Shown: piece by piece, positions 1-11,116 of the stretch
Layout: every line of letters begins with the position of its first letter
Position numbering within the stretch: the first letter of the stretch is position 1
Assembly: GCF_009834535.1 (NCBI RefSeq)
Contig: NC_045696.1
Coordinates: 70,620,001-70,684,000, forward strand
Direction: 5' to 3'
Source of the DNA: Camelus ferus
Lineage: Eukaryota
Length of the DNA: 64,000 nucleotides
Program-made: the position numbers and the translations under genes
The notes under the pieces: generated by a model
What the model was told of the DNA's origin: nothing
Databases searched by the model: none
The model's input: the letters and a program-made list of their open reading frames with translations, nothing else

Positions 1-254
1 TTGAAAGGCTATGGCATCTGCTTTCTTAAACGAGTCAAACAGCATATTTATGACAAGTCCTAATTTTCTAAGTTTAGACATAAGTCATAAGCAATATACA
101 AAGGGATAACATTTCTTAGTCATTTCATAAATTATGGTGGGAGGTGATTAGGTCAAACAACTTGTCATTGAATATTCCCACGGTCACAAAAAACTATTAA
201 TTCACTATCAAATCACTGGGGGGGGGGCGGGAATCATTGCACAAGAATTCTAAA

Positions 255-415
255 CCTACCACTAGCTGTATGATATTGAGAAGTCACTTAACATAGCTGC
301 ATTTCAGTTTTTTCCCCTATAAAGTGGATTATCAGAATGCTGTGGAGCTCAAATGAGAAGATGTATTAAAGTGTTTCATAAACTATAATGAACTCAACAA
401 ATGAAGAGTAATACT
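255..415 (+). mobile_element. MIR SINE
   Basis: Degenerate MIR core: actagctgtatgatattgagaagtcacttaac...cagtttttcccctataaagtgg...aaatgagaagatgtattaaagtg. Confidence 0.7.
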
Positions 416-544
416 ATCTCATAAAACTGTATATAGATGCCTATTAATCCACACAAAAATGATAAATTTAGAATCTTTGGATCATAAAGTATACTCTAAC
501 CAACATTTTGGCTAAACATCACTTGACAAAAGCTGAATTTTTAC

Positions 545-697
545 CAAGTCATTTTTGAGCTCCAGTTCCTTGTCCAGATCTATGTAAGAGAATTTTGAAA
601 GTGAAGCTTCTAGATTGAAAGACTTATTCAGTTCTTCATCAGCAGTCTTGGCACAGAGGCTTTGTTCCACATTTTCGTGGTCTGGTTCATTTTCCAT
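545..697 (-). CDS. VPS8: VPS8 (CORVET complex subunit), first coding exon, aa 1-51; gene continues beyond the left edge of the window
   Basis: Translation MENEPDHENVEQSLCAKTADEELNKSFNLEASLSKFSYIDLDKELELKNDL matches my recollection of the human VPS8 N-terminus. ATG is in strong Kozak context (aatATGG). Similarity ends exactly at a phase-0 donor TTG|GTAAAA (GT at 544-543); the ORF-track tail VKIQLLSSDV is intron read-through. Confidence 0.95.
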
Positions 698-786
698 ATT
701 AACTTTTAATAACTGTATTCAGTCAATCCAAGCAAGTTTTTGTTTTGTTTTTTGGCCTTAGATCATGATGAACTGAATGACGATCT
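698..786 (-). other. VPS8: 5'UTR portion of VPS8 exon 2
   Basis: Minus strand reads CTAAAC (branch-point-like, 819-814), then polypyrimidine TATTTTTTCTTTTTTC, then AAAAG|AG|ATCG. First AG at 788-787; a second AG at 786-785. Confidence 0.8.
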
Positions 787-1845
787 CTTTTGAAAAAAGA
801 AAAAATACATATCGTTTAGATTGCCTCAGTTGGACATTCCAAAGACTTACTGGGTCAGACTTTTGTGGAAACTGATTCTTCATTTAATCATCTAACTGTG
901 GGCAGAGAAATCAATAGTAGGGTATGGGGTATGCTATGAGGGGAGGGTTTCTATGGGAGCACAAAGGAGGAACATCTGACTCAGGAGTCTAGGAAGTGGC
1001 CCACCAGCCGAAGTCCTAAGTCTAGTAATAGTGACAGACCTGGGATAAGCTCAGCCATTAGACCTGGTACCAACTAGATTTACGTACCTGAGCACACGAG
1101 GGTAGCTGGTGCCCAAAGCTATAATTAACCCCTCCTTCACATTCCCAATCCTCAGAGTAGATCTCCAGGTCTCCTTTAACATAAGCATATAGACCATTTT
1201 TGTCACTAGCATCCATCCTCTACAAGGCCACAGATCTCTAAGGGAATTTAGTGTAGACACAGAGGGCCTAGAATGGATAGCTAGTCACTTAATATGCTAG
1301 CAAATCTAAAGGTTCACATCTATTAGGGGAGACACAATGACACCAGGATAAAATCATTCCACAGCTGACTAGAGATTTCTAGAAAGGTGGCTAAAAAGAA
1401 ACATTTTCAGGGAAAACTGAAATACTAAAGAAAAAGAAATGTATGCAAATTTCTTGTATCTTTCATATCTCTAAATGATACAATACTATATCAAAAAGAA
1501 ACAGGTAATTTGGTTTACTTAGAAAATTGTCCATAAAACAATTGCATGCAAAATCTCTAGAAAACTAAAAATATATTCAGAAAAAAAATTATAAGTTTAA
1601 CAATTAAATTTGCTCTTAAATATTTTTAGATTGTGCTATAATTAGGCTACAAGTGACCAAACTTCAAAAAGTCTATCACTTAGACTTAGCTCTGTCTGTT
1701 TAGAATAAAACAAAAATACAAAAATAGAAACAATGCTATAGTAATGATAACAAAAACAAAAGTCATTTTGCTTTCTAGACTACCTGTTTCTACAGTGCCC
1801 AGCAACCAGCAGTAAGTCAGTAAGAAGCTTTTTCAAACTACATAC

Positions 1846-1864
1846 TACCCTGCAGGGGGCACGA
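1846..1864 (+). promoter_or_regulatory. Candidate CTCF site in VPS8 intron 1
   Basis: CCTGCAGGGGGCAC (1849-1862) against core CCASYAGRKGGCRS, one tolerated mismatch. Confidence 0.45.
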
Positions 1865-2944
1865 TGACCACATCAGCAGACTTCCCCACCATGCGAATTT
1901 CTCTTTCTCTTATTCCTTACTGAAGTGAGGGCTGAAAAAAAAGCTGACAACTATGGAGCCATTGAAAGAATTAATTTTTTTAAGGGATTTGAAAATGAGT
2001 TGCTGTTATTGTGCTTTAGGAAATATGCCCAAAACTCACTGACAATTTTATCTAATTAGGCTCATTTTTGTACTACTTAAAATGAATGTCACTTCCTTCA
2101 GTATTTCATTTTTATCCTACTACAAAAAAATGAATTCTATGTGTAAGAAATATAGACTCATGAAGACTGATTTTTCAAGAGCTGAAACCAATTTTTCTAG
2201 CTAGTACATTTGGTATGTTACCAAATAGAGACTAATTTCTTTCATGTGTTACAGAAGATAGACTCTAAGGCTCTGTCCTGCAAACACATGCTAACAGATA
2301 CATGCCTAGGAGACATAACTGAGGGCACTCTGCGTCTGGCAACATTTGAAAGTATCTTTCCAATCTGCGTACTAAATGTACTTCTCCTTCTGCACTGAGC
2401 CAAAGGCAGGAGCAATATTAGTGTTTATAAGCCTTTCTTCAAAGAAGACTGAGTTGGCTCATGACAAGTTACTTTTTAATAAAGCTCACTCTTATTTGCA
2501 GCACTTAGCAAAAATGATTTCAATTAGTCAAGGAATGTTTGCAAACATGCACAAATTCACATTCAGTGGTTCCTGGGATTGTTAAGTTTTATTCTTATAC
2601 TTTAAAAAAAATAGTGGAAAAGACCACATAGCAAAACAAAAACAAACACAATTTAATAACTGAAAAAGGTTTCATTCTTCACATTTGTGTCTCCAAAATA
2701 ACTCAGAAAGGAAAACAATTTTTTTTCTGGCTCTTTTTATATCTTCTATCTGGAGTTAATAAGCGGTTCTCAGAACAGCTCAGTATCTGCGAACACCAGT
2801 ACCACAGTGAAAAAGTTCCAAGAAACCAAGCATTCCCTGAAGAATATCATCCTGCCGTGCCAGGCTACTTCATTTCCATCCTTCCTGGCTGAGCTCGTTA
2901 CCGTGGTGTGGTGGCAAAGTAGAAAGAACATAAGCCATGGGGTC

Positions 2945-3760
2945 AATTAAAACCATATCTGAATCTGGACTTTACCAGTTCCTATTTGTGACCTTGGTCA
3001 ATTTGTCTACCCTTTCTGAGCCCCTCTATTTCTACATCTGTAAGATGAAATATTGTGGCCATTTGTACTGTTTGCCCAGAGCATCACCTCTTGTTCTGGG
3101 AAAGGCTCCTTCAAATCATATAGTTGTTGTGGAGGCTGCCAATCAAAAATCCCTTAGTAATAGAGACTGTGCAACATAGCCAGGGTCCTTCACCAGCATT
3201 CGTTAAAATGGAACTGGTAAGGAACACCCATTTCCACTGCTCTCTAAACAATGAATAGTAAGTCTGAACAGTATCCCCCACCTTCCACCTGACCTGTTCT
3301 GCAAAAAAAAAAAAAAAAAAAGGTCACTTATTCAACACAAACCAACTAAACACCTTCGATGTATCTGTCACTAGAGATCTGCCTTTACCGAACAGAATTT
3401 AAACTGTAGGTACAGATTCTCTGGCAAGAACAAAAGCAATCAACAAACAACCAGAGAAGAGGAGGAAGGAGGGTCCTGTTATCACTCAGGCCCCAGGTTC
3501 CAGTCTTCTATGATGTTTGCTCTGGCCACAGCCTTCCGATATTTTGGCTATATAAGCCCACATACGCTCCCATCTTCCCAATTTTTCTTTTTTTGAGTGG
3601 GGTGATGGGGAAGGTCACTTAAAATTGAGTGTCCTGACTCTTAGGAATGCAACTATCTATTCTGCAGTTACTGTGAGGAATAAATGACATAGTGACTGTA
3701 AAGCATTTAGAATGCCTGAACACAGAACAGATTTTCAAGAAATATTAGCTATTATCACTT
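2945..3760 (+). mobile_element. MIR split by an MLT1K/L-like MaLR LTR (~3051-3640)
   Basis: MIR 5' half ends at ...ctacatctgtaagatgaaa (~3050). LTR-like sequence starts tgtggccatttgtactgtttgcccagagcatc and ends ...gtgtcctgactctta. MIR 3' half resumes ttactgtgaggaataaatgacat...aaagcatttagaatgcctg. Confidence 0.6.
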
Positions 3761-4220
3761 AAAATTTCCTCAAGATTTCCAAATTCTTCTAAAGTTAAAG
3801 ATCTTGAAACAAGATCTGGTGCTTTTATAAAAGTCTGGCTAGAGCTAAGAATATTAGGATACCTTACCAGAAGGATATACTTCTATATCACATTAGAAGT
3901 TTCTTAAACACCTGAGTGGTAGGGGTTTTGTCTGTCTAACACTAGTACAGGCCCCAGCAGAGCATGAGAGACTTAATAAAAATGTTTAATTATACTATTT
4001 ACTCTTTCTAAAATTATGTTTTTTTGCATCAACTTCCTCTTTTGCCACTTACCAGCAGTTATTTCTTTCTTTATGTTAGCAAATTTTTCCAACCCAAATA
4101 GACCTACTGAATCAAAAGGCCACCATGTTCAGATTTTTTGTTTGTTTGTTTTTGGAAAGGGGAGTTCACTGGAGCAGCTTCTGTAAATTTTTTAGAAACT
4201 GAGCTGTGCCTGAATCTACC

Positions 4221-4694
4221 TGTGGTAGGCAGAATACCTACCACATACCCAACGATGTCCATCCTAATCCATAAAACCTGTGACTGTGTTGCCTTACATG
4301 GCAAAAGGAACTTTGCAGAAGTTAGGATCTTGAGTTGAGTAGATTAGCATGAATTACCCACATGGGTCCAATGTAACCACTAGAGTCTTTTTTAAAGTGG
4401 AAGAGAAGGCAGAAGACAGTGTCAGAGAAAGAAAAGTGACAAAAGAAGCAGGGTCAGAGAAGCGCTATGTTGCAAGGCTTTGAACATTTACACAGTCTCT
4501 AAAAGCTGCAAAAGACAAGGAAATGGATTCTCTTCTAGAGCCTCCAAAGGGTCCCAGCCCTGCCACAGCTTGATTTTAGCCTAGCAAGACCAGTGCTGGA
4601 CTTGGGTACTACAGAACTATAGAATAAATCTGTACTTTTTTTAAGCCACTAAATTTGTGGTAATTTGTTATAGCAGGAATAGGAAATGAATATA
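4221..4694 (+). mobile_element. MaLR solo LTR, MLT1D-like
   Basis: Starts tgtggtaggcagaat; contains ttacatggcaaaaggaactttgcag and ggattctcttctagagcctcc; ends aagccactaaatttgtggtaatttgttatagcag..aggaaatgaatata. Confidence 0.85.
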
Positions 4695-5899
4695 CTAATA
4701 AACTTCAGTTAATTTATTTCTGGCCACATTGCCAATATTCTGAAATAGTTACCTGGTGTTGCCCAAATATTTATTGAGCAAGCTCTTCATTCTACTATGC
4801 AGACCAATGATGAAATGCTTAATACATGACTCTTCATATTACACACTTGAAGCGCTACTGTCTCCAGATATCACTTACGTGCTGAGTATAAAGCAATTAA
4901 CTCTGGCAATTTCCTCTTGAGATACAATTCTATAACTAGTTTTCATCCAACCATCCTGTAATCTAGTGTTTTACGGTTCTTAAAGGGATGCCAGGCCAGA
5001 GAGTACCTGCAGACTACATGTTAGGTTACACCAGTGATTTCTTAGTCTCTCCCTGATAAAATTAGATTAATCTAACAGAAAATGCATATTACAGAATCAC
5101 GATTACCCATTATGTTGTCCATTTCTGAGAGCTGATAAACTAATAATTTAACAGTTCCAACTGAAGATCGCCTGATATCCTGATACTTCCTAAGATTACT
5201 CCCTCTTAATTATTCCCAGTCAATGAATTCAACGATTCAAGGACCATTAAAACAGATGTGTACTATATAAATAGCAATGACCCCATGATGATACTGTCCA
5301 ACTGCATAAGAACTCTAGAATGTGACCTATGTTAGGCCAGGACAATGTGGAACTCTTCCACCGGTTATTTGGGGTTTTTTTGTTTGTTTGTTTGTTTTTT
5401 ACCTTGGCAGACATTCCCCACTATTCTCAAGTTCCAGGATCCTATTTAATTCACTGACATGCTTTTCCTCCTAAAAGAGTCACATGAGACACTTTTCACA
5501 TCACATTGAAATCAAACCAAGTTTTTTTTTTAATATACTATATACTCTGAAAGATATCACAAAATCATGATATGGAAACAATTTTACATGCCAACTGTGT
5601 TTCTGGTCTTTCTAATCCTAGTATTTCTCTTCTTCCACTTCTTTGTTTTGTTTTGTCATCTTCTGGTTTGTTTTGTAAAGAAAGATGAAGTAGAATTAAC
5701 TTCTATAGGTTTTCTATTATCTTTCTCTGGTAAATGGACTCATTTTTAACATCTCCCAATGCCTACAGGATAAAATTCCAAATTCCAAGCCATTCTGGGC
5801 AGGATAATAGTTCCTTTATAACCAAACTTATTATTTGTATTTAGAGTCCTCCAAGAATAGCTTCCACTTTCCCTCCATGTCTGCTCACACTCGGTCATC

Positions 5900-6180
5900 T
5901 TCCTTTTCACTCCACATTTATCTGAATTCCTCCTTTCCTTCCATCCTTCTGGGGAGCTTCCTTCCCTAAGCATCCTCTGAACCCAGAATGCACATCTTCT
6001 TTAGAATGGTGCCTTGGCACTTTCCTCACATTGATTCATTAGTTAACTTACCATATAACTACATCTTTTCTCCCCAACTGTACAATAAAAATGGGGCCAC
6101 GCATCTTTGTATATCCCATAACACTGGGCTCATTGATTTGCATAGCTATGTGGACATTCAATAAATATCTGCTGATCAAC
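5900..6180 (+). mobile_element. L2 LINE 3' fragment
   Basis: Ends with L2-type tail ...ttcaataaatatctgctg; internal tctggggagcttccttccc and gcatctttgtatatcccat. Confidence 0.5.
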
Positions 6181-6632
6181 ACAAGAACTGGAAGGCAGCA
6201 ATAACACGTGTGTTGCAAATTAAATATATCAGTTTTATTACCTGTAATTGCTAAGCTTCAGAGGATATTACCTGACTCACAGCATACAAGAATCTATGCC
6301 ATAATAAACTAAGTTATAACTGAGTTCCACCTTTATGTAATCAGGCCTGTTAACTACAGCTGATCACATTCATCCTTTAGGTATTAGCCAAAACTCTGTT
6401 TCCTCAAAAAAGCCTTTTTTGCCCTGCTCAACTAGAACAGGTTGCCTGTCAACAGGCACCTATAATACTGTTCTCTTCTTTTATTACACTTATCACATGG
6501 CAATCACTTTTTCAGTGTCTGAACCATCATTCCCTTCCCTCAACTACAATGCAAGTTCCAGGAGAACAAAGCCCATATCTGCCTTTCTTCACCATTGTAT
6601 TCCCAGTGCCTAATTATCTTGTAGCTAATCAC

Positions 6633-6678
6633 CCCATCAATCCATCCATCCATCCAACCATCCATCCACCTACCCATG
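6633..6678. repeat. Imperfect (TCCA)n simple repeat
   Basis: ccatcaatccatccatccatccaaccatccatccacctacccat. Confidence 0.75.
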
Positions 6679-9600
6679 CATCTGTCCCTCCCTTCCTCCC
6701 TGTATAAGCAGCCAAACAACACTGCATCACTGGCTTCCAGAGCCTCAAACAGCAGTTCCGGTCAAAGTAAGATACAGTTAGTCATCCTGCCCCAGAAGCC
6801 TCCCACCTTGCAAATTTCATTCTTTGCATCTAGGTGAGATCTTTTTTTAAATCCCAAACACTGTTTTTTTAATGATTATCTTGTTTGTATATAACTTGAC
6901 AAAAACACCACAATTTCAAATATTTCATTTTTTTTACATCAATTCAGCTTATAAACTAAGAGGAAAATAGTGAAAAGGTATCATGTGTCCATTCAATATA
7001 CAGGAATTCAACTTCAGCAAATAGAGAAATAAAAAAAGAGATGATTCACACAGAGCCAGAGACTCTGAATACCATTCCACTCAATAACTATACACTTCAG
7101 TGTGTGCATGGGGGAAGAGATGGGTAACTTCCAACCTTTCGGTCAGTCTCAGCTCTTACATGCCTCAAACACAAGTAATCCATTTCACCTGTGCTCAAAG
7201 TAACAAACAGCATGCTGTTCCCAACATGAAGCAAAAAGTGGCTGTGTCAGACTTCCTGAGAGATCATATGTCAATCTCCAACAGGACTCCTTCCCAGGGT
7301 ACTTTGAGGATACTCAATTTCCAAGGTACTTTTCAAGGATACACAAGTTTCACTTTCACTCCAACCTACTCACAGACTTCAGAAACAGACTCTGTGTTAG
7401 ATGCAATGCTACTATGTACTGGGATGAGCTGCTTACTTGACCCTCAAGTTTCTTTCCAAAAATAGGCACACTGAAGGCAAATACAGCCCACAGTGCTTAG
7501 AGCTGCCACTATGAAAAAGCCCAAAGCTCTCTGTTTCTCTTCTCTCTTAGTAAATGTCTAAATGAGAGGAGTGACCATTCAAAACTTAGGAAGTATACAC
7601 AGAGCAAATGTTAACAAGTGAGGGAAAGGATGAGTGTCTGAGACCTACCTGTGCATGGTGCTGTTACTTGAAGGAACTGTCAGACACAGCCTTCTAGAAG
7701 CCCCGTCCTAGAAAAGCAAAATCTAACTTCCTACCATAATATACAAAACAACAAAAAGAAGTTTCCAAATATCTACACTGTGCACTAACCCTAGTATTAT
7801 GCATCAGCTTTATATCAATATGTGTATGAGGTGATAAATGCAATGAATGAGAGAGAAAAATCATTACTTCTTTCCAGCTTCTAATAAGTCTCCAACACTA
7901 TAAGAATTTCTCTCCAAAGACCAATCCCAACCTCAGAGAAGTCCTCCTAAGAAGCACATGGGGCTTGTGTAGGCTGAAATATATTCCCTTTCCTTTCTTC
8001 ACCGAAGTGGTATGGGTGAATTCTTACAAGTTAAATGTTCAAAAGATAGGATTCTACTCAGTTGTAGGCTGAGTAAATGTTGGCCTTATCACCCATCTTA
8101 ACTCCCAGTAAATTAAATCATCACCTCAATTTGTTTTAGTTGGGGGTCAAGGAGAAGATAGAGTCACAAAACAAGAAAAAAAATTTTTTGAAAGAGCAAG
8201 AGGAAGTTTCATTAACTGCAGAGGAAAAGACAAATCTGATTTTGGTTAAAATATCCCAGCACCATCACCATCTTTCCTTTGGAAAACTGCTCCTCTTCCA
8301 CTCCAACCATGTAATTTTAGTGGTGCTGCCAATCAAATACCCTATCTGCCTTGCCAGAAGAGTAAGCACATGACATTCTTTTATCCAGTCTGGCCAACAA
8401 GTGTCCTTCCCTGATACCTATAATACTGGAAGTAGGAGTTTTCCCTTCTCACTGGGGTACTTAAGCTTGATGTAACACAAGAGCTGTTATAGAGAATGAA
8501 GATAATTCAAACATTAATTCAAGATTCACTTAAAAATAGAACAGTGTGTTCTTACAAATAATATAGATGACACCTGAAGCTGTGGGTTAAGAGAAGAGGC
8601 TATCTAAACTCTGTGAAAGTATAAACAAATCAAACGTTAAACATACTTCATTAAGTTCAAAAGGCCTTACTTTTCATTCCCATACATTTTTGTCCCACAA
8701 TGGCTGAAATGTCTAAGAAAGGGTGGGATACAGTTAAAAATCACCAAGATGTCCCACTATCCCAGAAGACAGAAAACATCCATCTGCTGACGCTGGTCCA
8801 GGTACAAAGGAAATGCATAAAGGATAATCAATATACTATTGACATATGAAGCCCAATATAGTTCAACCAGAATTTTTTCTCCCATTTCTCTTTATTCTGC
8901 ATTCTATGGAACATGCCAGCTATTGCCAGAGACTTCAACATCTACTCTTCTTAAATTTAACCATAAGCAAACCTGTATCTGACACAAACGTATGTAGATC
9001 CTCCATCCCCATTTAGAGATCCTTCAAACACACACGATATGTAATCATCTCCTAATCACAGACATCTGGAGTAAAGTTGGTACCACAAGTTAACATCCAC
9101 GTTTGTTTTGTTTGAGCAGGTAAGGAGCGTGTGGGAGAGGACACAGCCTTCCTCAACATTCTAGTATCAGCCTAATATTAGGAGGGTATGAAGGAGGCTG
9201 CCTGTTTGGAGAAGGCTCCCCAGAAGCTCCTGATAACACACTGCCATGGAGTCTCTCTCACAGATACTTCTTCATCCCACTCTACTCTCCTCTGAAGCAC
9301 ACTCAAAAACACTTCAGGCAGCTCTGTTTCCCCCAGGTACCACACTTGGAGAACTAACCAGGACACAAGAATGCCCTCAAACGTTAGAGACCCCCGCGAC
9401 CCTGCTGCCCTCACTGTGGGGCACACCTTGCAAGCAGAAAGAAACTGGAACGAGCCTCACAGGGTGCAAACCAATCCAGAGAGGTGGACACCGCATCTGA
9501 GCCTCAGCCTCACACTCAGGAAGCACACTCATCCCAGTCCTCGAGGGATGGAAGAACCTACACCTGTGCCCAGGCCCCAAAGGCGGGCTGCACACTTGTT

Positions 9601-9943
9601 CCGCGTTGGGGAGGGGCGTGATCACCCGCCTGCAAGTCTCCTAATCAGGGGGAGCGAGTGCACCTGTACCTCGGCCTCACATTTGTTTGGAACAAGCGGA
9701 AACTGCTTAACCCGGTTCCAGGCCAAACAGAGGACGCCCGTCCGTCCGAGTCAACCCTGCCCGGCCAGTGGGCCCGGGTCCAGCCAGCCAGTGAATGGCT
9801 GTTCCATAAGCCGCTCCGAGGCCGCGCCACTGTTGCCCGGGGGAAAAGGCCGAAGCTCGGGGACTCAGCGCACGCCACCCTCCCGTCCCGGGTACAGCCC
9901 CTCTACCACAGTCCCGCTCGCCCGCTCTCGGGACATTCGTTAC

Positions 9944-10050
9944 CTGAGCCCGCAGCCGTCCCAGCCCAGGACCCCGGGCCCACGTGACCCCGCCCACTGC
10001 TCTAGCCTCACGCACGCGTAGTACCTACCCGGAGGCCACGCTTCCGCTTT
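9944..10050 (-). other. VPS8: VPS8 non-coding exon 1 (5' end/TSS approximate)
   Basis: Minus-strand donor GGCTCAG|GTAACG inside the CpG island, just downstream of ETS/Sp1/E-box motifs. The TSS cannot be read from sequence. Confidence 0.65.
9980..9989 (-). promoter_or_regulatory. CLEAR-like E-box (GGTCACGTGG), candidate MiT/TFE (TFEB/TFE3) or USF site
   Basis: GTCACGTG matches the CLEAR core (consensus GTCACGTGAC) near the TSS of an endolysosomal trafficking gene. Confidence 0.65.
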
Positions 10051-11116
10051 CCTCTTCTCACGCGTGTCCCTCCTGGGCGGTCCGCCCCTCTACACCACGC
10101 CCCCATTTAAAGGGCCAGAGATACACTCTCCCGTCCAAGGGACTTAATGGGTCATTAACATCTTGGGGAGAATGGAAGCGTCAGAGGAAGAGCGCGGACC
10201 AATAAATGGTAGTCCTTGAGAAAAGAAACCCTCCTCCAGCCCTATGTCAATAAATTTATCTAGCCTTTAAGAAAATGAACTTATCTTCAGCCAGTCCCGA
10301 AAGGGCAGTCGATTCCCAGCCTTTTGGAGTTTGCAACGAGAAATTTTTAATTTTAATCTTTTTAAAGACGAACATAGAATTGCTAACTTTTTATTTTGCC
10401 AAGTAAAGACAGTAAGGGCACACGCTGAAAACCAACTATTATTTTCTCACTATCGTCAACATTGCTCTGTAAAAATACATCTTAACACCAAAAGTACAAG
10501 AGAGATACACTCTCAAATAAAGGGGACATCTTTAAAATGTATGAAACAAGCAAACAAAAAGTATGTTTCTCTTGTTCCTCCTAAAGAAAGATGAACACTT
10601 TCAGGACAGACTGGTTTTCAGACCCACCACTGTAGATAATACTGGTCCCAGGGCACAAATCTTACTACGCCTGCTGGGAACTATGGTCAAGAAAATAGAA
10701 GGAGGAAGAACACAGAAGATGTTCCTGGAGGGAGATATAGAAAATACTCAGTTGGGCAGACATTTATTGAGCATCAACCGGGTTCACTATACTTCTAGGC
10801 CTCTGAAGGACCCAAGGATGGGTAAGAAACAGCCCTGCCCTCCAGGTACTCTGTCTAAGAACTCATTGTACAGACAAAGCTACAGTACAAGGCAGACTGT
10901 TTTGACTAGTATAAGAAAGGTATGAGACCGTCATTCAGGATCACATATGAGGGAAAGTGGGGAACACTTAAGGGAGGAGGTGCTCTCTTATTAGGGTCCT
11001 AAAGGATTTCAGTAGACAGAGAGAAAGGAGAATTCCTAGCTGAGGGAACAGTGGGCCTAAAAGCAGTACAAAGCAAGATTGGAGACAAGCTGCCAGCCTA
11101 ATGTGACTGGTGTGGG

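Larger units (their letters stand above)
787..9943 (-). other. VPS8: VPS8 intron 1 (~9.2 kb)
   Basis: Bounded by donor CAG|GTAACG at the CpG-island edge and the acceptor at 787. AT-rich, repeat-containing, with no other recognisable coding exon. Confidence 0.75.
9580..10200. promoter_or_regulatory. VPS8: CpG-island promoter of VPS8
   Basis: Only dense CpG/GC-rich block in the window. Contains GC boxes (CCCCGCCC 9988-9995, GGGCGG 10075-10080), ETS-type GCGGAAG (minus, 10041-10047), an E-box and CCAAT (~10199-10203). Confidence 0.88.

Noticed and set aside
512..544. C-terminal part of the 61-aa ORF (VKIQLLSSDV*)
   Set aside because: Read-through past the GT donor into the intron; not part of VPS8.
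9371..10021. 216-aa + strand ORF and overlapping ORFs across the CpG island
   Set aside because: Pro/Arg/Ser-rich, no recognisable domain, and antisense to VPS8 exon 1. Long ORFs are expected in stop-poor GC-rich DNA.
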